64,000 bases of DNA from Pseudomonadota bacterium. GTDB taxonomy: Bacteria; Desulfobacterota; Binatia; Binatales; Binataceae. Below are positions 58,429-64,000 of the stretch, piece after piece; within the stretch, counting starts at the first letter, position 1, and each line of letters opens with the position of its first letter. The stretch covers positions 1,078 through 65,077 of the forward strand of contig JAJPIF010000029.1 of NCBI GenBank assembly GCA_021324885.1, written 5' to 3'. Below the pieces are notes generated by a model, which did no database searches, was not told where the DNA came from, and worked only from the letters and a program-made list of their open reading frames with translations. A program made the position numbers and the translations under genes.

Positions 58429-61401
58429 GTGCCAGTTGCATCAAACCGCCCGCGCTTCGCGATTGGACTCGTGCTCGCGACTGTCGCGGCTTTCCTCCTT
58501 GTGCCGCCGGCGCTCGCGCAGGTCAAACCTGCCTTCACCACCTACCCGCCCACCCCTGCGCATCGTGAAGCACCGGCGGCGACCAGCTGCCCTAACCAAA
58601 GCGGCATCGTGAGTTCGATTTCGGTCCCGGTCGGCAAACCGATCACGCTGGCGCTGGTCATCCCGGTCCCGGCTCCCGCGGGGGGCGCCAGCTTCCAATT
58701 ACAGTCTGAGGACCCTTCGATTGCGGCGGCGGGAGATCCGCGCCAGTCCTTTTTGCCCATTGTTACCGTCCCCGCCGGGATGACGGTGAGCAACACCTTT
58801 CAGGTCTTCGGGACCAAGGTTGGCGCCACCTACCTCGATTCGATCGCGCTGACGCCCGGGTTCGTAAACAATTCCGAGCCGCTGGGGGCGTGGGATGTAA
58901 ATCCGCAATCGGGCACCAACGGCAGCAAATTTCTGGATGCCAACCCGCCGGTCGATCTGACTGCCAGCCCGCCGGTCAACACCTGCCGCGCCCCGGGGAG
59001 TCCGACTTTATCGACCGATCCCAGCGTGTTGTCCACCTGCGGAAAAACGGTCAACGCGGCAGCGACTGACGGCGTCACCCAACTGCTGATGCGAATGGTA
59101 TCGGGCCTGTCGGGGACCGCGTGCTATCAGATTGTCAGCTCCGGAACCGAGGTGGGGAGCGTCTCGACCGGGGTCGTATCGACGCAGAGCGTTAATTCAT
59201 CCAATTACGCCTTTTCTTTTTACCAGACGCCAGGTTTCTTCGGCGACACCTCCGACACACGCCAGGTGATGGTGCAGTTCAGCTTCACGCCCAGCCTCGG
59301 CTACGGCAACACCTCCAGCTTCACGGTTCCGCTGACGCTGGTGCGGCCGCCGCTGCTGCTGGTGCATGGCTTGTGGTCCAGCCGCAAAGGCTGGAGTTCT
59401 TTCTGGACGCGCAGCCCGGGCAGCGCCTATGTAACCTTCGCGGCCGATTACGAACCCACCAACGCGGCCAGCTTCAGCACCAACTATCCCAAGGTTCAGG
59501 GGTTTGTTGCCACGACTCTCAACGAGGCGCGCAAGGCGTTGATTGCGGCCACGCAGGTGGACGTGGTGGCGCACAGTATGGGGGGGATCCTGACGCGCTT
59601 GTACGCGAACAACACCTCGATGTTTATCCGGCCCGACAACTACAACAAGGGCGACATCCATCGCATCGTCACGCTCGACACACCTCATGGCGGCAGTTCG
59701 TTCGGCAATCTGCTGGTAATGCTGCACAGTGAGGATCCCACCGATCTTGAAACAACTGTCCGGGGCCTGACCCATGGCAGCGTCGTCAACGGCGCGGTCT
59801 GCGATCTTTCTGAAAACAGCCCGGGACTCGAACCGCTCAGCAGCGCAACCAACGTGATGTCGCAGGTGGTCACGGCGACTGGCGGTCCGATCGGTTCTTT
59901 CTGGGACGGCGTCGGTCCCTTGCATCTGGCCTCGTTCCAGGCGGCCCTGACCAAGACCAGGTGCGTGAAAAGAAACATCTTTTTTGTATGTACGGAATCG
60001 CAGCCGGTGTTCGACCCGACCACCGTCAGCGCATTCGAGTTCACCCATCCCAATGACGCGATCATTGCGTTGTGCGCGCAGCAGGGCGGGCTGGGCGGGC
60101 CGTGTACGCTGGCGGGTCCGGATAGTCCGAGTCCGGGCTCGTTCAACTTCCCCAACCTGATCCATTTTGGAGCCGACCTTTTCTTCTTCCAACTGGTTGC
60201 GGGAGTCACCAACACCAGCGCGGTCGGTAGCGCCGTGTTCCCGCTGCTCGACGGCCCCAACAGCGGCTTTGCCACCTCGATTCCCGGAATGGCATCAAAC
60301 GGCACGGGAGTTCCAATCACGGTTGCCGGACGCGGCGCCGGGGTGGACGGCCCCGCCTATGCGAGCCAATGCATAACGGGCGCTCCGCCGCCGATGAAGA
60401 CCAACCTTTCGTCTCTGTTGGCGACGCAGGAAAGGACCAATGTGCGGATGAACAGCCCGATTGCTCAAACCGCCAGCGGCGATTCACGGGTCACAATCAC
60501 GTCGCCCACCAACGGCCAGGTATTTGCTCCCGGCGCGTCGGTGACGGTGAATGTCTCAATCGCCAGCGGCTTGCTGGCCAACGATGTCTCGGTCCTGATC
60601 CCGATGATTGGAAGTCAGGAGGGGGTCAATTACAACGGTTCGACCTACCAGGTCACCTTTACGATTCCCGATACGGTAGCGGGCCCCTTCCAACTGACTC
60701 CCATCATCACCGACACCAGCAACAACACTATCGTCGGCGTGGCCACTACGATTGCGGTGCGGCCGACCACGCCGCCAGTCAGTATCACGCTGAGCCAGTC
60801 CGACTATGTGCTTACCGCCGTGGGAGCGACCGAGCGGATCGACGTGATTGGGAATTACGGCGGCGGCGTTCAGCGCGACCTGACTTCGGCGGAATCGGGC
60901 ACCACTTACACTTCGAGCAATACCGGCGTCATCACAGTGGACAGTGAAGGCAATGTCACAGCGGCCGGCTTTGGCACCGCGTCGGTCACGGTCAACAATG
61001 GCGGCGTCACGGCATTTGCGACCTTCACGGTCGAAAACCCCAGCCTTCTGCTGGCTCCGCAGGACGTCACCTCCCAGGTCGTCATCATCAGCCAGGGTTT
61101 CCGGGTGGATCGCAACACCGGATTTTTCGATCAGGCGGTGCAATTGAACGCCGGATCATTGCCGGTGATCGGTCCGCTTTACGTCGTACTGACCGGCCTG
61201 CCGGCGGGAGTGACGCTGGTCGGCGCCGGCACCACGCAGGGCATCGCGCCGGTGGGCAGCCCCTATTTCGCGTTGACGCTGCCCAATGGCTCGAGCCTGG
61301 CCCCGGGGAACGGCGAGACCATGGTGTTGCAGTTCCTCAATCCCGAGCGCGTGCAGATCGCGTACACACCAAAACTGTACAGAACCTCGGCCACGCCCTG
61401 A
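58429..61401 (+). CDS. Secreted multidomain alpha/beta-hydrolase (PGAP1/lipase-like) with Ig-like domains
   Basis: AAGGAGG SD, signal peptide, LLVHGLWS, AHSMGG, TLDTPHGGS, NDAII, LIHFG; Big-like repeats and a C-terminal beta domain. Confidence 0.88.
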   Translation: MPVASNRPRFAIGLVLATVAAFLLVPPALAQVKPAFTTYPPTPAHREAPAATSCPNQSGIVSSISVPVGKPITLALVIPVPAPAGGASFQLQSEDPSIAAAGDPRQSFLPIVTVPAGMTVSNTFQVFGTKVGATYLDSIALTPGFVNNSEPLGAWDVNPQSGTNGSKFLDANPPVDLTASPPVNTCRAPGSPTLSTDPSVLSTCGKTVNAAATDGVTQLLMRMVSGLSGTACYQIVSSGTEVGSVSTGVVSTQSVNSSNYAFSFYQTPGFFGDTSDTRQVMVQFSFTPSLGYGNTSSFTVPLTLVRPPLLLVHGLWSSRKGWSSFWTRSPGSAYVTFAADYEPTNAASFSTNYPKVQGFVATTLNEARKALIAATQVDVVAHSMGGILTRLYANNTSMFIRPDNYNKGDIHRIVTLDTPHGGSSFGNLLVMLHSEDPTDLETTVRGLTHGSVVNGAVCDLSENSPGLEPLSSATNVMSQVVTATGGPIGSFWDGVGPLHLASFQAALTKTRCVKRNIFFVCTESQPVFDPTTVSAFEFTHPNDAIIALCAQQGGLGGPCTLAGPDSPSPGSFNFPNLIHFGADLFFFQLVAGVTNTSAVGSAVFPLLDGPNSGFATSIPGMASNGTGVPITVAGRGAGVDGPAYASQCITGAPPPMKTNLSSLLATQERTNVRMNSPIAQTASGDSRVTITSPTNGQVFAPGASVTVNVSIASGLLANDVSVLIPMIGSQEGVNYNGSTYQVTFTIPDTVAGPFQLTPIITDTSNNTIVGVATTIAVRPTTPPVSITLSQSDYVLTAVGATERIDVIGNYGGGVQRDLTSAESGTTYTSSNTGVITVDSEGNVTAAGFGTASVTVNNGGVTAFATFTVENPSLLLAPQDVTSQVVIISQGFRVDRNTGFFDQAVQLNAGSLPVIGPLYVVLTGLPAGVTLVGAGTTQGIAPVGSPYFALTLPNGSSLAPGNGETMVLQFLNPERVQIAYTPKLYRTSATP

Positions 61402-61434
61402 TCCAGCGTCCACGAGCACACACGGCAGGCGAAG

Positions 61435-63057
61435 ATGAAAAGATATGCAATGCTGGCGGGTGTGGTAACCGCGCTGATCAGCGCCGTCGCGTGGGCGTCG
61501 AGTTACCAGATCACCGTCAATACCACTCCAATCCAAGGGCAGTCGGGCTTTATAGTTTTCGATTTCGTGGCAGGCAGCCCGCCGCAAAAGAACACCGCGA
61601 CAATTCAGAACTTCACCACTGACGCCACGCTGGGCAGCAGCACTCCGAGCGGCTCGGTAACCGGCACCTTGAGTCCCGGACCACTGACTTTCAGCGACAC
61701 CAGTTTTCTCAACGAATGGGAGCAGCAGGCCACTTTCGGCGCCACTATGTCATTCGACTTGTCGGTTACCACCAACAATCAGTCCGGCGCTATCCCCGAT
61801 GAGTTTTCCTTTTATCTGCTGAATTCAAACCAGCTTCCCTACATGACGACCGATCCGACCGGCGCCGACGCGCTGATTGCCCTGGACATAAACAGCGCCA
61901 ATCCGGTGCTGCAGGTTTACAGTTCGACCTTCGCTTCGGTGATCACGCCAACCGCGACCGCAACACCGACGCCGACCCCGACCGCGACCGGAACGCCGAC
62001 CCCAACCCCTGCACCCACATCCACCGGCACCAGTACTCCGACGGCAACGCCGACGCCGATTACGACAGCCGCCCCGACGCCGACTCCGCTGGCTCCCTTT
62101 ATTTCCAGCGTGCCGCCGGTAATCCTGGTCGGCAGCAGCTTCACTATCACGGGCACGGATTTCACCGCCGGGTCGCGGGTTAATTTCTTCGTCGCGACCT
62201 CCGCCGGTCCGTTCAATGGCGGTCCGTTGACCCCGAGTTCTCACACTCCGACCCAGCTAATCGTGCCGGTCCCCGCAACTATCACCCTGGGCGAGGGATT
62301 TGTCGCCGTCGAGGTGGTAAACACCGACCAGGGATACGTGAGTTCCAACCTGTCAGCAGCGCTGCTCCAGGGTTACGCTCCGGCGGGAATCCCCAGCCTG
62401 ACCTCGATCAACGGCAAGGGGCTGGCGGCCACCAGTTCCAACCCAAGCTACGCGATCGACAACGTGGAGACAGTAGTGCCGCAGGGAGCCGTCGTGACGC
62501 TGGGCGGCAATGGGTTTGATACGGCAAATGGGGTCGCCGTTGATCTCTTCTGCGCATGCACGGGCGGCAAAGTGGGCCCGTTCTTCATCAATCCCGGGAA
62601 TTCGGGCCTCACTTCCACGTCGATCAGCTTCACGATTCCGGCGACGGGTCCGATGGCGCCGGTGACCGGCCCAGGCTCATTCGTCGTAAGCAATGCCGGC
62701 GTTTCTCACAGTTACGCGGTAAAGAGCAACGCGGTCTCGGTGCCGATCGGCCAGCCGATATCGATCAGCTCGGTGACGCAGTCGGGCACCACGATCACCG
62801 TCAACGGCACGGGATTCTCGACCCTGACGGTGATCAATTTCTTCAACACGCAGTCGGGCGGCGTCGTCAACCTGGGCGGGCTCAATGCGGGTGGTGCGCC
62901 GAAGATTCCGCTGACCCTGGTCAATTCCAACCAGTTCACCTTCACCGAGCCGGCCGGCGCGATGGCGGGCGCATCTTACGTGCAGGCTTTCAATCCACCG
63001 TTCGTGCCCTTCACCAGCACGGGCAGCGAACCCGGCGGCGCGTTTACGTTGAAGTGA
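61435..63057 (+). CDS. Secreted protein: NF038129-like N-domain, Pro/Thr linker, three IPT/TIG-like domains
   Basis: Signal peptide ending AWA; YQITVNT..GQSGFIVFDF...G.VTGTL...F.NE..Q...FG...SF...PDEFSF; repeats ITGTDF / LGGNGF / VNGTGF. Confidence 0.8.
   Translation: MKRYAMLAGVVTALISAVAWASSYQITVNTTPIQGQSGFIVFDFVAGSPPQKNTATIQNFTTDATLGSSTPSGSVTGTLSPGPLTFSDTSFLNEWEQQATFGATMSFDLSVTTNNQSGAIPDEFSFYLLNSNQLPYMTTDPTGADALIALDINSANPVLQVYSSTFASVITPTATATPTPTPTATGTPTPTPAPTSTGTSTPTATPTPITTAAPTPTPLAPFISSVPPVILVGSSFTITGTDFTAGSRVNFFVATSAGPFNGGPLTPSSHTPTQLIVPVPATITLGEGFVAVEVVNTDQGYVSSNLSAALLQGYAPAGIPSLTSINGKGLAATSSNPSYAIDNVETVVPQGAVVTLGGNGFDTANGVAVDLFCACTGGKVGPFFINPGNSGLTSTSISFTIPATGPMAPVTGPGSFVVSNAGVSHSYAVKSNAVSVPIGQPISISSVTQSGTTITVNGTGFSTLTVINFFNTQSGGVVNLGGLNAGGAPKIPLTLVNSNQFTFTEPAGAMAGASYVQAFNPPFVPFTSTGSEPGGAFTLK
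61945..62088 (+). repeat. Pro/Thr low-complexity linker repeat (ACNCCN)n
   Basis: Encodes TPTATATPTPTPTATGTPTPTPAPT...PTPTP. Confidence 0.9.
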
Positions 63058-63208
63058 CGTGGAGACAACGCTGAGTAACGGGCAAAACAAATGAACGCGC
63101 CGCTTTAACCTGAACTGTCGGTCACCCTTACTGGGAACCGCGCAGGGCCGCCGAGCTTGCGGGTGATCGGCGGGCCGCGGTATGAAAATTCCGCAGAGGT
63201 CCAAATCC

Positions 63209-63559
63209 ATGCGGCTTTTTCGTTTATATACCGGTGACGACCAACAATCCCATCTGCAGGAACTCAAAATTCCCTTCGCTCCCGGACCATCAGCCGAACA
63301 GGCGCCGATGCAGCAGGCGCACGGTGTGACTTTCACCCGGATGGCGCCGGGGGCCTTCATGGATTGGCACAATGCGCCGCGCCGCCAGTACGTGATTACG
63401 CTTCAGGGCGCGGTCGAGATCGGCCTTGGCGACGGCAGCGTCCATCGCTTCGGTCCGGGCGAAGGCGTTCTGGCCGAAGATCTCACTGGCAAGGGCCATA
63501 CGACGAGATCGGTCGGCAGCGAGCCGCGGATCATGATGATCGTTGCGCTCAAGGACTGA
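63209..63559 (+). CDS. Cupin-like protein
   Basis: RLYTGDDQQSH...DWHNAPRRQYVITLQG...GEGVLAEDLTGKGH. Confidence 0.85.
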   Translation: MRLFRLYTGDDQQSHLQELKIPFAPGPSAEQAPMQQAHGVTFTRMAPGAFMDWHNAPRRQYVITLQGAVEIGLGDGSVHRFGPGEGVLAEDLTGKGHTTRSVGSEPRIMMIVALKD

Positions 63560-63600
63560 GGCGGGAAACCCGCTCATACGGACGCCTAAAATATCGGCGC

Positions 63601-64000
63601 ATGAAGTTCGGGCTTCACTATCAGCTGCCCTGTTTCGGCTTGCAGTCGCCGGTCCAGCGCTACCGCGACACCCTGGAGCAATCGGTGCACGCCGAGGCGC
63701 TGGGATTCGAATCGGTCTGGCCGGTGGAGCAGCATTTCAATGCCGACCTTTCGATCACGCCGGCGCCGCTGCTGCTGCTGGCCGCGCTGAGCGAAAGAAC
63801 GACAACGCTGCGGCTGGGAATCGCGATCGTGCTGCTGCCGTTATCGCATCCGATACGAATCGCGGAGGAAATCGCCACCTTGGACGTGCTCAGCAACGGC
63901 CGGGTGGAATTCGGAATCGGCCGCGGCGCAATCCCGGCTCATTTTTCCGGCTTTGGGGTGGCGCAGGCGGAAAGCCGCGAGCGGTTTGACGAGGCGCTGG
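63601..64000 (+). CDS. LLM class flavin-dependent oxidoreductase (truncated by window end)
   Basis: MKFGLHYQ...AEALGFESVWPVEQHF...HPIRIAEEIATLDVLSNGRVEFGIGRG; open to the end. Confidence 0.92.
   Translation, partial: MKFGLHYQLPCFGLQSPVQRYRDTLEQSVHAEALGFESVWPVEQHFNADLSITPAPLLLLAALSERTTTLRLGIAIVLLPLSHPIRIAEEIATLDVLSNGRVEFGIGRGAIPAHFSGFGVAQAESRERFDEAL

Noticed and set aside
61945-62088. Short-period repeats as a CRISPR array or VNTR
   Set aside because: Degenerate in-frame Pro/Thr codons with no repeat-spacer structure and no cas genes.
1-64000. Many long overlapping opposite-strand ORFs (e.g. 4868-5989, 23346-24578, 44760-45953, 55959-57536)
   Set aside because: Typical high-GC antisense frames of well-supported genes. 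No tRNA, rRNA or selenocysteine recoding signal was recognised either.

Overview
GC-rich bacterial chromosomal segment, almost fully coding. The expanded family III CoA-transferases, Amidohydro_2 enzymes and luciferase-like monooxygenases (LLM) suggest Candidatus Binatota; this is an inference from gene content, not from a marker gene. In order the window holds: a truncated MFS gene; an ABC-2 exporter and DAHP synthase behind a candidate attenuator; a two-gene orphan cassette; pncB, larA, tetR, argH and a lipoprotein; an amidohydrolase/CoA-transferase cassette; a GNAT/LuxI-FeeM-like gene; and an 11-gene operon joining alternative complex III (extra cytochrome c, actABCDEF) to a caa3 oxidase (II, fused I+III, IV, ctaG). 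A catabolic region follows (CoA-transferases, LLMs, mobA, SnoaL proteins, nitroreductase, NahC/BphC-like dioxygenase, EthD, SDR), then a decayed islet (DNA methylase remnant, MNT-HEPN, DUF2283, IS5 remnant), an RND pump, and two large secreted proteins. The window has 7 CoA-transferase genes carrying 9 domains. Most notable: (1) the secreted lipase-like protein plus an NF038129-like partner with a three-Ig-domain tail instead of PEP-CTERM, a possible surface-display pair; (2) an ActB that keeps the N-terminal FS0 cysteine motif; (3) the recurring Asp-less/Asp-bearing CoA-transferase architecture; (4) the leader-peptide attenuator. No rRNA, tRNA or CRISPR array was seen. All family calls come from manual motif recognition; no database searches were run.
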